Of a stretch of 20,000 nt of DNA, positions 8,730-17,087 are shown piece after piece. The first letter of the stretch is position 1. Each line of letters starts with the position of its first letter. Origin of the DNA: an uncultured virus (IMG/VR IMGVR_UViG_3300023033_000001) (Duplodnaviria > Heunggongvirae > Uroviricota > Caudoviricetes); IMG/VR virus record IMGVR_UViG_3300023033_000001, one strand, 5' to 3'. The notes beneath the pieces are model-generated. The model saw nothing but the letters and a program-made list of their open reading frames with translations, did no database searches and was not told the origin of the DNA. The position numbers and the translations under genes are program-made.

Positions 8730-8848
8730 AATGAAATCTCCAAATCATGTGCAAAAGGTGCACATGATTTGACTATTGTGCACCATAGGTTCTTTCTGTT
8801 AGATACAAGACAGTACTAATCCATATTCTCCCAACCATAATCGCCTTT

Positions 8849-8940
8849 GTGAACTACCAACCGCCTAAAGGCGGTTGGCTTCAGGTTTCATCAAACAAGA
8901 CTTAGCTTTCTTCGTAATTGAATACTTACCATGGCACTTG
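8849..8940 (-). mobile_element. Non-autonomous IS200/IS605-family mini-element (PATE-like), 92 bp
   Basis: Minus strand ends GAAGCCAACCGCC-TTTA-GGCGGTTGG-TAGTTCAC, the typical tnpB-element right end (hairpin then TTCAC). Removing 8849-8940 regenerates an in-frame TAA in the host gene. The left boundary is inferred. Confidence 0.7.
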
Positions 8941-9355
8941 ATCGTTCATATTTACGTGTTCTACTGCGAACAAATCTGGATTCCAAAGCACATTCAGAAC
9001 CGCAACCGACGAGATCAGTCACTTTATCCAGAAGGTCACGTGACGTCCAACGAACCTTGCCGATAAGAACGTAGTCACCGCCCTCATCCTGTGGAGCAGC
9101 AAAGCATTTCGCCCAAACATTGTCGATTTCTACTTCACAGAACAACCCGTCCATGTAGTCGTCATCCGACGTGTTTCTTACAGTAACATACCCATAAGAT
9201 TCATGTGGGATGACTTCCCATTTGTCGCCATCGGAGAAACTGTCAACGATGTTCAATGCCTGACAGATGTCCTGTGCCACATCAAGACGCCACTTAGCAT
9301 CTTGTGCTTCTGATTCCTTACAAAAAACTCTATTTTTTAAGACCGGTTTTAACAT
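8891..9355 (-). CDS. Hypothetical protein with basic leader and tail (154 aa; last 16 aa probably IS-derived)
   Basis: Start revised to ATG 9355 (AAGGAGG RBS, MLKPVLKNRVFCKESE); C-terminus LESRFVRSRTRKYER then SSAMVSIQLRRKLSLV. Confidence 0.75.
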   Translation of the reverse strand: MLKPVLKNRVFCKESEAQDAKWRLDVAQDICQALNIVDSFSDGDKWEVIPHESYGYVTVRNTSDDDYMDGLFCEVEIDNVWAKCFAAPQDEGGDYVLIGKVRWTSRDLLDKVTDLVGCGSECALESRFVRSRTRKYERSSAMVSIQLRRKLSLV

Positions 9356-10058
9356 CGATTCCTCCTTGTGGAACAAATTCCTCCCGTGGTGCGTGCACCT
9401 CAAGATCTGTAATAATACCTTTTGATTTGTCAGTATCTTTAACCTTAACGTGAATACCCATATCGTCAACCTGATACCTGCGATATTTACGGAAGATCCA
9501 AGCACGCAACGTTAATGACAAGGTAGCGCGATAAAAAGGTGTGTGCTCATCGAAATTGTCCAAATCAGAATTATCCTGAACACCATCAAAAAGCAAATGA
9601 ACGCTCATACCATCAATGATAGCGTCATCTGCATCGAACGTAAGGTATGGGAAACGCAAAAGATTTTCCTGTGCTTCAACGACAAGCTCATCAAAGTTAT
9701 CCCTGTCAAGAGCGAGAATCTCAAGGTCGTACTTTAACTCATACGAACTATTCACAATGGTAAGGTCATCAGGATATCCATGCGAGGCTATCTGCTCAGG
9801 AGACATCATGTTCGTTCTTCTATCACCTGTCTTTAACTGTGAATACGTATTGTTGTCTTTATAAATCACAGGACATTGTGTTCTACGAAGAATCAGAACT
9901 GGAAATGAAATGTCCTGCCCCTCATAAATATTATTGTCACGTATTTCAGCGATGGAAATGCTCGCACGATTCACCCATACCGTGTTTGGATAAAAGAACT
10001 GAAACCGACGAAGAAGTCCCATATCGTAATCACGGATATCGACAATTTTACGTGCCAT
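9330..10058 (-). CDS. Probable tail completion/terminator protein (T4 gp15/gp3-like fold)
   Basis: AGGAG RBS. FPVLILRR...YELKYDLEILALDRDNFDEL...VQDNSDL...FYRATLSLTLRAWIF is the pattern of tail terminator proteins, and the gene lies between neck and sheath genes. Confidence 0.65.
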   Translation of the reverse strand: MARKIVDIRDYDMGLLRRFQFFYPNTVWVNRASISIAEIRDNNIYEGQDISFPVLILRRTQCPVIYKDNNTYSQLKTGDRRTNMMSPEQIASHGYPDDLTIVNSSYELKYDLEILALDRDNFDELVVEAQENLLRFPYLTFDADDAIIDGMSVHLLFDGVQDNSDLDNFDEHTPFYRATLSLTLRAWIFRKYRRYQVDDMGIHVKVKDTDKSKGIITDLEVHAPREEFVPQGGIDVKTGLKK

Positions 10059-10186
10059 TTTTAACTCCTAAACAAACACGTCCGTAAAGGGGTCTAGAAT
10101 GCGTTATACGCGATTTTTTATTATAGACGTGTACTTACTAGGGTAAGGTCGTAACTTTTCAGTACGACGTAAATTTGAGGCCCATA

Positions 10187-10230
10187 TAAAGAAAAATCCC
10201 CGTGACGGAGAACACAGGGATTTTTCTTTA
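10187..10230 (-). terminator. Rho-independent terminator
   Basis: TAAAGAAAAATCCC-C-GTG...CAC-A-GGGATTTTTCTTTA; the single mismatch is a G-U pair on the minus-strand RNA. Lies 60 nt past the stop at 10291. Confidence 0.8.
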
Positions 10231-10290
10231 AACACGCAAGAGGACTGCATACTAAATTAGATATGCATCTCACGTCTTGTTCTGTTCCGA

Positions 10291-13200
10291 TTAACGCTTT
10301 TCCCAAGGTAATCTTAAACTGTTTTGAAGATATCCAGGGAATCCATCTATGGCATCAATCACATTGAGCCACAAATCACGCAAATCTTTGAACAGACCTT
10401 CAAGATCAGAATCAAGATGTAAAGAGTCCGCAAGGAGATCTATCTGCTCAAGGTCTAAATCAAACATGGCCTCAACAGTACCATCTATACGCTCAACTTC
10501 CTCATACATCTCTTCAAAGTCCTGCATCGACACTTTTCCACGACCTTTGAGAAGATCCAAATACGTTGGAAGTGACGAATCATCGTTAATCTCGAAAGAA
10601 GCATCACCATAACCTAACCGTGAAGCATCGCAGGAATATTGTTTTTCATTAAAAGAATCCTCAATCTGGTCAAGACAATCAAGAATATCTGACGCATAGA
10701 ACGCCAGTTCTTCATTATCTTTCTTGTTATCCTGAACCCAATCACGGCAATTGCGAATACTCGACTCAATGTAGTAAGGCATCTCACTTCCCTTTCCACC
10801 ACGATTCGAATTGTCACGGATAAAGATAGCAACAGGGTCATCCACGATAGAATCATCAAATCGCTTAAAAGCATCGAACAAGTCTTCCATATCATCACGC
10901 AGTTCTTTCTTCTCAGACGGAGTAAGGAACTGACGGCGAGATGTGGTGTGCTTTTTAATATATCGCATGTCGCGAAGAAGCTGCTGAATGTAATTGTCAT
11001 TCAACTTTACCCACCCATCTGCACAACGCTCTCTGAAAGCATTTACATCAGAAGCAGTTATCTCTTCCTCAATGGTAGGGAGACCATTCATGTTTACCCA
11101 TTCAAGCAACTCCTGAATAGGATAATCTTCATATTTGCTGTATATCATTGCTTCATTACGTCCTTTACTGTTCCTGTTACGTAAATATTTACGTGTACGG
11201 CTCTCGAACACGTTCACATTAACCATATTACGAATACTTGCTGAATCGTCAATATCTATTCCATCAACAAGGTCAATGCACTCACCGAATGCAGCACAAG
11301 CACAACGTATAAGGAATTTTAACCCTTCCACTTGTTTGTCTGCATCGACTTCACGGCACATCGCAGTCGCATTATACACGTTATCAACGAGAGAACATCC
11401 ATAAGCACGACCACGGGTTTTTACCAAGCCTGAGAACACACGGTCAATATGCTCTCCGAGTTTCTTGCGACCCACACTCTGAACACCATTAACCTGTCCA
11501 AGACTTACGGATACACAGAACGGAATGAGGTCATGTTTTGCCTGTGGGTCATCAAGACTGCCAATATACGGCGCGGCGATTTTAATGCTTAATGAACAAC
11601 TCCAATCAGGTGCGTTCGCTCCACGTCCGCTGACATTGTAACTTACTTTTCCGCCACGCAATGGTTTTCCGCTCTTTCCGATTTCAGGTTCACGTCGTGC
11701 AAATCCACCGAACGACACAGATATACCACCATAAACAGCGTGTTCAGTGTCGAATCCGTAATCCTCACGTGAGGGATCACCCATCCAAGCATCCGCAAAA
11801 TTTCTTCCTGTTGCTTTAGAACCTTTACCTTGGAAATCAGACTGAATGGCAATAATCATATCAGTCGCATCCTGTTTATTCAGGGCTTCCTCACGGCCAA
11901 CAACCTTAGTCGATCCTTGACCACCGGTCACCTCAGTAAGAGTTGAGATGTACGCATTTGCTTCTTGCTCAGCTATTGCACGGTAAGAAGACTGTTCCCA
12001 TTCAAGCCGCTTTCCAGGTCCGCCTGTTCTTGCACGTTTTCCAGTTTCAGGGTCTTTTGGAGAATCGCCCGTAATACGTGCTGCGGCATCGTGTTTGGAA
12101 GGATCGTCCAAAAGGTCATCAAAGTCCATTCCGTGAGCGTGCGATCCTACGCCATGCTCAAGTTCTTTTGTATCGATGTCACCAAACACAACAGGAAGAA
12201 TATCTGCCAGTTCAGGATTATCACGAAGAATAGACAGACGAACCGAATCGGCAGTATCGTTATCATTCAGAGGGTGTAAAATCTCAAGAAGCTCTTCCTG
12301 AGAAATAACATCGTTCTTAACAGCTGCAATCATCAGCTTCTTGAGATTACCCATTGCTACACGCTTGTTCGAGAAGTCAGTAACGATGAGTGAATCAGAA
12401 TCCTTTGGCTGTGCAACATCCGTACTGCTTACATGCGATTTCCAATCATCACCATACTGAGCTTTCAATGTGGCGAGACGTTGTTTCGATGTAGATGACG
12501 GTTTAAGATTGCTTTTACGAGGAACTTGTCCTGTCTTCAGGAATCGAACATAGATCTTAATTTCTTCAATGAGAGGGATGTTTCCTTTCTGGTCAGGCAT
12601 GATACTGATACCGTAAACACGACGGTCAACAAGTACCTGATTACCGTTATCATCAACGTCATAGATTTCTTCAACGTCTCCGTCATTAAATCCCTCTAAC
12701 GTCTTACGCAGATGACGCACTCTTGTTTTGCGTTCATGTACGCCGAGCTGATCAGCGATTTTTACAAAAACGGATGGGCGTATGTGTTTTGCAACCACTT
12801 TTTCGCCTTTGTCTGTTATGCAGAACAGACCGCTTTTGTCGATACCGATCTGGACGTAATGATCAATACCAAAGTTAGATCTGCCCATCACATCAATATA
12901 GCATTGTCCGTAGCTGCGAACAAATTTGCAAAGACCCATAAGCGTTGCATCACCGGCACTTTCGCATTTACGAATAGTTCCGGTCTTAACGGCACACTCA
13001 CGTCTTCCACGTCCTCCGTCAATTTGGTTCAATGCTTTAGTAATGAAATTCTTTGTCGAATCACTGACTTTCCAGTCTGACATTCGTGGACTCTGCATCT
13101 CAAAGAAACCTAAGTTTCCTCCACGACCATTAAAAGTGTCCGCAATAGCAACACGCATCGTTACAGACCACATACCCGTATTGAGTGCATCACGAACTGT

Positions 13201-13398
13201 CTTTTCCAAGGATTTCAAAAACGACTTGTATGCCTTGTCCTGAGCATTAAAGTCTCTTTGAGACAAAGACAGTTTTTTAATAACACGACTGGATTCCCCC
13301 TCACATACGATGAACTGATACTCACAGTCCATGAAGTAATCCATCTTTCGTGCGTTTAACTCACGGTAAATAAAGTCAAGAAACTCTTTAAATTTCAT
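10291..13398 (-). CDS. Large modular hypothetical protein (1035 aa), possible internal head protein/polyprotein
   Basis: Long ORF with RBS, directly downstream of the neck gene; begins MKFKEFLD; three Arg/Lys-rich linkers bounded by Glu separate about four modules. Confidence 0.8.
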   Translation of the reverse strand: MKFKEFLDFIYRELNARKMDYFMDCEYQFIVCEGESSRVIKKLSLSQRDFNAQDKAYKSFLKSLEKTVRDALNTGMWSVTMRVAIADTFNGRGGNLGFFEMQSPRMSDWKVSDSTKNFITKALNQIDGGRGRRECAVKTGTIRKCESAGDATLMGLCKFVRSYGQCYIDVMGRSNFGIDHYVQIGIDKSGLFCITDKGEKVVAKHIRPSVFVKIADQLGVHERKTRVRHLRKTLEGFNDGDVEEIYDVDDNGNQVLVDRRVYGISIMPDQKGNIPLIEEIKIYVRFLKTGQVPRKSNLKPSSTSKQRLATLKAQYGDDWKSHVSSTDVAQPKDSDSLIVTDFSNKRVAMGNLKKLMIAAVKNDVISQEELLEILHPLNDNDTADSVRLSILRDNPELADILPVVFGDIDTKELEHGVGSHAHGMDFDDLLDDPSKHDAAARITGDSPKDPETGKRARTGGPGKRLEWEQSSYRAIAEQEANAYISTLTEVTGGQGSTKVVGREEALNKQDATDMIIAIQSDFQGKGSKATGRNFADAWMGDPSREDYGFDTEHAVYGGISVSFGGFARREPEIGKSGKPLRGGKVSYNVSGRGANAPDWSCSLSIKIAAPYIGSLDDPQAKHDLIPFCVSVSLGQVNGVQSVGRKKLGEHIDRVFSGLVKTRGRAYGCSLVDNVYNATAMCREVDADKQVEGLKFLIRCACAAFGECIDLVDGIDIDDSASIRNMVNVNVFESRTRKYLRNRNSKGRNEAMIYSKYEDYPIQELLEWVNMNGLPTIEEEITASDVNAFRERCADGWVKLNDNYIQQLLRDMRYIKKHTTSRRQFLTPSEKKELRDDMEDLFDAFKRFDDSIVDDPVAIFIRDNSNRGGKGSEMPYYIESSIRNCRDWVQDNKKDNEELAFYASDILDCLDQIEDSFNEKQYSCDASRLGYGDASFEINDDSSLPTYLDLLKGRGKVSMQDFEEMYEEVERIDGTVEAMFDLDLEQIDLLADSLHLDSDLEGLFKDLRDLWLNVIDAIDGFPGYLQNSLRLPWEKR

Positions 13399-13403
13399 AA
13401 TCC

Positions 13404-14090
13404 TTACCTCATGCAGTAGAACAAGCTGTGTGACACTGTGCCGAGCTTCTGTTCCAACTCGTTTATTGCACTGTTACCCTCAGACAGAAGGTCCGACGAA
13501 GACAATGTGACCGGCGAACCCTGGATAGTCACTTTTGAATAGATACGACCGAGTATCAATTTGGTCAATGCAAGAGAATACTCAAAACACCAATTGACAT
13601 AGTTTTCTGGCATATTCTCTACGCTTTTTTCTGTGATTGCCTCTACAGTATAAGGCGGTTTTTGACCATCAATGTATAACGTATCACCTGCCAAACGAAA
13701 CCCGATATCGTCAACGGTTTCTTCAAGAGTGTTATATAACGTCTGTGCAAGTAACGACTGTTGAAGACCATTTGAGAACGCCGTACTGTTACCAAGGCTG
13801 CCATAGTACATATTCATCTGAATAATGTCCGTAGTAGCCTGATAATTTGATTGTGCATACGTACCTGACGGAGAATGCACACGCAAAACAGCATAGACAA
13901 GTTTATCGGTAAATTTAACAGTGGAAGACACTACCGTGAATACATCAACTGAATTGAGATAAGGTGCTACTTTTCGTATAGCGATGTCACATTGTTGACT
14001 TATTACGTCATCGCCTATCTCGATGTTCACGACAGGCCAGCCTAGACGTGTCTTAATCTCGTTCACCCATCTTGCACGGTCTAAAAGCAT
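13404..14090 (-). CDS. Neck protein / head-tail adaptor (T4 gp13-like)
   Basis: AGGAG RBS. IKTRLGWPVVNIEI.DD.I.Q..D.AI and WCFEYSLALTKLILGRIYSK...VTL....LLSEG....ELEQKL correspond to the conserved gp13 N- and C-terminal motifs. Confidence 0.88.
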   Translation of the reverse strand: MLLDRARWVNEIKTRLGWPVVNIEIGDDVISQQCDIAIRKVAPYLNSVDVFTVVSSTVKFTDKLVYAVLRVHSPSGTYAQSNYQATTDIIQMNMYYGSLGNSTAFSNGLQQSLLAQTLYNTLEETVDDIGFRLAGDTLYIDGQKPPYTVEAITEKSVENMPENYVNWCFEYSLALTKLILGRIYSKVTIQGSPVTLSSSDLLSEGNSAINELEQKLGTVSHSLFYCMR

Positions 14091-14114
14091 TTGTACTCTC
14101 CTGGAAAGGAACTA

Positions 14115-14121
14115 ACATAAG
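14115..14121 (-). promoter_or_regulatory. Candidate late-promoter motif CTTATGT upstream of the neck gene
   Basis: Lies between a terminator-like hairpin and the RBS of the neck gene. Confidence 0.5.
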
Positions 14122-14142
14122 TATCCTTGTTTTTTGATACAA

Positions 14143-14175
14143 CAAAGCCACCATGAATGAAGCACGGTGGCTTTG
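14143..14175 (-). terminator. Terminator-like hairpin
   Basis: CAAAGCCACC...GGTGGCTTTG 10-bp stem followed by a U-rich stretch on the minus strand, downstream of the stop at 14211. Confidence 0.65.
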
Positions 14176-14210
14176 ACATAACAGGAATAACTTAAAACAG
14201 CGTACCTCAC

Positions 14211-14633
14211 TTATTTCAAAAGTTTGTGAACCTCGCGTTCATTGCAGACCAACTCAAACATGGTTGTCGTCACATAATCGCAACGATCTTCAAGCTCTGT
14301 GATGATGGTTACATTATCACATGTACCATAATCTGAAACGAAATCTTCAAAAGATTCATCGTCCTCAAACAGATACGCAGTTACTCCATACACCTCATCA
14401 TCACCCTCACCGGACAGGATGCATAACCTTAAATGTTCATCAGCATCTGCTACACTCAAAGCACGAACAGTATCGGAAACGGCATCATTGAAACAATCGC
14501 ATAACCATTCGTCAAACATGGATGGCGAAAGGCATACATCGTTACGACATGCAAGAACATACGGCTGATCACCTGCATCAACATCCAGCATATCCAGTAT
14601 CTTACGTACAACAGAATCTTCATTGCGTGACAT
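14211..14633 (-). CDS. Acidic hypothetical protein (140 aa)
   Basis: GGAG RBS; co-oriented and closely spaced with its neighbours. Confidence 0.75.
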   Translation of the reverse strand: MSRNEDSVVRKILDMLDVDAGDQPYVLACRNDVCLSPSMFDEWLCDCFNDAVSDTVRALSVADADEHLRLCILSGEGDDEVYGVTAYLFEDDESFEDFVSDYGTCDNVTIITELEDRCDYVTTTMFELVCNEREVHKLLK

Positions 14634-14650
14634 AACGGGACTCCAAACGA

Positions 14651-15148
14651 TTAAAGATTCTTTGCGGCTTTGAGCATGTCTTTTCGGCTCATACCATCAG
14701 TGTCGATACCCTTTGACGCGAGATACGCAGCGAGTTCGTCCTTTTTCATCATGAAAATCTCTTTCTTAGGGGATTCTTCGTGTGCTTTATTAACTTCAGC
14801 GTTCTTTGAATCCATATCAGAGGTTTCTTCCGATGAAACCTGTTCTACTGTATCCGTAACTTCTTCAACACTCTGATGTTCTTCAGACGAAACAGTTTCA
14901 GCAACAGTATCAATCGGTGTTTCGTTAGGTACCATGTCGTTCTCTACTGGTTTATGTAAGGCATTTCCGTTATCAGAAATTGCGGAAATAACCTTTACAG
15001 AGAACGCATTGTTGCGTTGAAGCTCACGAAGCATATCATCCGTAAGGTTCATTCTGACCTGAATCCCTGCGGGGAAAATATACCGTTTTCCACCAACCCA
15101 CACGCCTGTCTTAACACGACGTAAATTCTTAACCTCTGCTTTTACCAT
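14651..15148 (-). CDS. Protein with C-terminal HeH/LEM (Rho-N-like) domain
   Basis: AAGGA RBS; acidic linker then MKKDELAAYLASKGIDTDGMSRKDMLKAA, a helix-extension-helix signature common in phage head gene clusters. Confidence 0.7.
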   Translation of the reverse strand: MVKAEVKNLRRVKTGVWVGGKRYIFPAGIQVRMNLTDDMLRELQRNNAFSVKVISAISDNGNALHKPVENDMVPNETPIDTVAETVSSEEHQSVEEVTDTVEQVSSEETSDMDSKNAEVNKAHEESPKKEIFMMKKDELAAYLASKGIDTDGMSRKDMLKAAKNL

Positions 15149-15301
15149 AGCAATGATTCCTTTACATAATACAACATTTGAAACAGATTACGGACTGCTT
15201 TTCAAGCCGTCTTCAAACTTCTTCAAATATAGATATAACGCAAACACAGATACGATGACACGCGAATAGCAAACACCTGTCCCATACGCCTACTTGGTAG
15301 T

Positions 15302-17047
15302 TCACTTAATTCGTTGCAGCATCACGCAAGCACCTGTATAACCATTTGGCACGTAGTCCTCATAAGAACTGTTGTAGGAACTCACACAGCTTAGTAATTT
15401 GTATTTACCTGACGATAGATACGCGTAATTAGGTGCACCGCCTCCATTGCCTTGGGTTGCAGTACTCAGCGGTACATAAGTACTTGTACCATTAGAATCA
15501 GAACCTGGTTTAAATGTGGCATAATACCATGCGCCTCTTTCAGGATCATTTTCGTAGTCATTTGTATGTGCAAATGGCTGTTCGGTCTCCCAATTACTTG
15601 GCGTAACCACGTCAATAATCTTACCTGCGGGTTGTGGGTTACCGAAAATACTTCTTAAAGTTGCCCAACACGGAATTGCCATTATTATTGACCCAATTTC
15701 TACCTTGAATAAAGGCGGCTCAGTATATTCATTCTCGCCAGGAAATGTTGGATGATCCGCTGTCGGTACATATTCAGGCGAAACGAGTTCGCCATGTAAT
15801 TTACCACACGTAATAGGCGGTTTTTTGTCAGTGCCAGTTGTAGGCTCTAGTCTAATTCCAAAACCGGCATCAAAACCACCAATCTTAAGACCACCAGAAA
15901 TGGCATCCATAACGATTTGGCGTGTGTCGTTATCGGCCATCAATGTTATACCTGATGTACATTGAAGGTTATCAGTATAAATCTTACGCCATTTGTATGA
16001 GCTGCTGCCTAAGTCGTACAAAGCATTAACTGTTGGTATTAAACTACCTTGCATTGACAGAAGTCCTGAACCTCCTGTGGATAGATAGCCAGTGCCAAAG
16101 TCAATGCTATCTGTATAAACGCTTATGAACCTTCTGTCGTAATCACCTAATCGAATATTACTACCATCAGGTAAAATGGATCTGGTTATTGTTATACCAG
16201 ATCTTCCAGCGGCTAGACTTTCACATGTGAGTTCACCGCATGTGATTTGAGGGAAATCCGCACTGAATGTGACGTGAAGTGTTTTGATGTATGCGACTTC
16301 CCACGGATCTTCTTCAGTTCCAAGACCCGAGACATTAGCGTGAGGATCCGGTTTGAGTGTGGTTGCACATACAGTAATGGCACCGATATGATCAACGCCG
16401 TTCTCCACCCACGTGTTTCGGATACCTTGTGTAGAGACGTTTCCCCACGGATGCTCCTGATCACCAAGCCATGATGAGGTCGTTTCGGGGATAATATTGG
16501 CATCGACGGTCATATCACCGCCCACAAAACCTGTCCCTAACTCATACTGATCGATGTAAGCATCATTAAGAACCACATAATCTTGGAATATCTTTTCTCC
16601 CTTAATCTCTTGAGTATCGCCATCAGACGGATTCCAATCATTCAGCAAGGAAGACAATACATTTCTGTCAAGGGACACATCTCCAAATGTGATCTTATTA
16701 CAGGTAATGTTGCCGATATCTGCATAACCCAAGGTCGCAGTTGTTCCATAAAGGTCAGTCAAATAAACATCGGACACTCCAAGCCGTCCCTTTTCGTCAC
16801 CTTTATCAAGAATTTCTACTTTATGTGCTTTCAGCGTATTCAGATTTAGATCTTCTTTAGTCTCTTTCATACTGCGTATAAATGCGGCTGTCAGAAACTC
16901 ATCACCAACCCAAAGATTTTCCCCGACGTGAAGATCTCCGGTACACGAAATCTCATAGCTTGAAATGTTGGTGGCAGTTAAAGTACCAAGACTCATTTCA
17001 TAAACTTCATCTTGCGGATTCCATGTAATCAATTTCACTGTACGCAT
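15302..17047 (-). CDS. Tail fibre/spike-like structural protein (581 aa)
   Basis: Start revised to ATG 17047 (GGAGG RBS). Gly/Thr/Ser-rich, with four (I/L)xP-x4-7-LG-x5-(W/F) repeats such as LIPTVNALYDLGSSSYKWRKIY, typical of phage fibre shafts. Confidence 0.7.
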   Translation of the reverse strand: MRTVKLITWNPQDEVYEMSLGTLTATNISSYEISCTGDLHVGENLWVGDEFLTAAFIRSMKETKEDLNLNTLKAHKVEILDKGDEKGRLGVSDVYLTDLYGTTATLGYADIGNITCNKITFGDVSLDRNVLSSLLNDWNPSDGDTQEIKGEKIFQDYVVLNDAYIDQYELGTGFVGGDMTVDANIIPETTSSWLGDQEHPWGNVSTQGIRNTWVENGVDHIGAITVCATTLKPDPHANVSGLGTEEDPWEVAYIKTLHVTFSADFPQITCGELTCESLAAGRSGITITRSILPDGSNIRLGDYDRRFISVYTDSIDFGTGYLSTGGSGLLSMQGSLIPTVNALYDLGSSSYKWRKIYTDNLQCTSGITLMADNDTRQIVMDAISGGLKIGGFDAGFGIRLEPTTGTDKKPPITCGKLHGELVSPEYVPTADHPTFPGENEYTEPPLFKVEIGSIIMAIPCWATLRSIFGNPQPAGKIIDVVTPSNWETEQPFAHTNDYENDPERGAWYYATFKPGSDSNGTSTYVPLSTATQGNGGGAPNYAYLSSGKYKLLSCVSSYNSSYEDYVPNGYTGACVMLQRIK

Positions 17048-17062
17048 AAAACCTCCATAAGT

Positions 17063-17069
17063 ACATAAG
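17063..17069 (-). promoter_or_regulatory. Candidate late-promoter motif CTTATGT upstream of the fibre gene
   Basis: In the 40-nt intergenic gap; AGTCTTATGT is identical to the copy upstream of the sheath gene. Confidence 0.45.
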
Positions 17070-17087
17070 ACTGTGATTTGATACACA

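Noticed and set aside
8857..8878. Hairpin CCAACCGCC-TAAA-GGCGGTTGG as a simple terminator
   Set aside because: It has no U-tract, and the flanks (GAAG...TAGTTCAC) fit an IS200/IS605 right end better.
10121..10306. 61-aa minus-strand ORF
   Set aside because: It runs through the terminator hairpin, has no convincing RBS and shows no recognisable motif.
15149..15301. Possible ncRNA or 20-codon ORF between the fibre and HeH genes
   Set aside because: Only short repeats (GCAAACAC twice, TTGAA-type) and weak stems are present, which is insufficient support.
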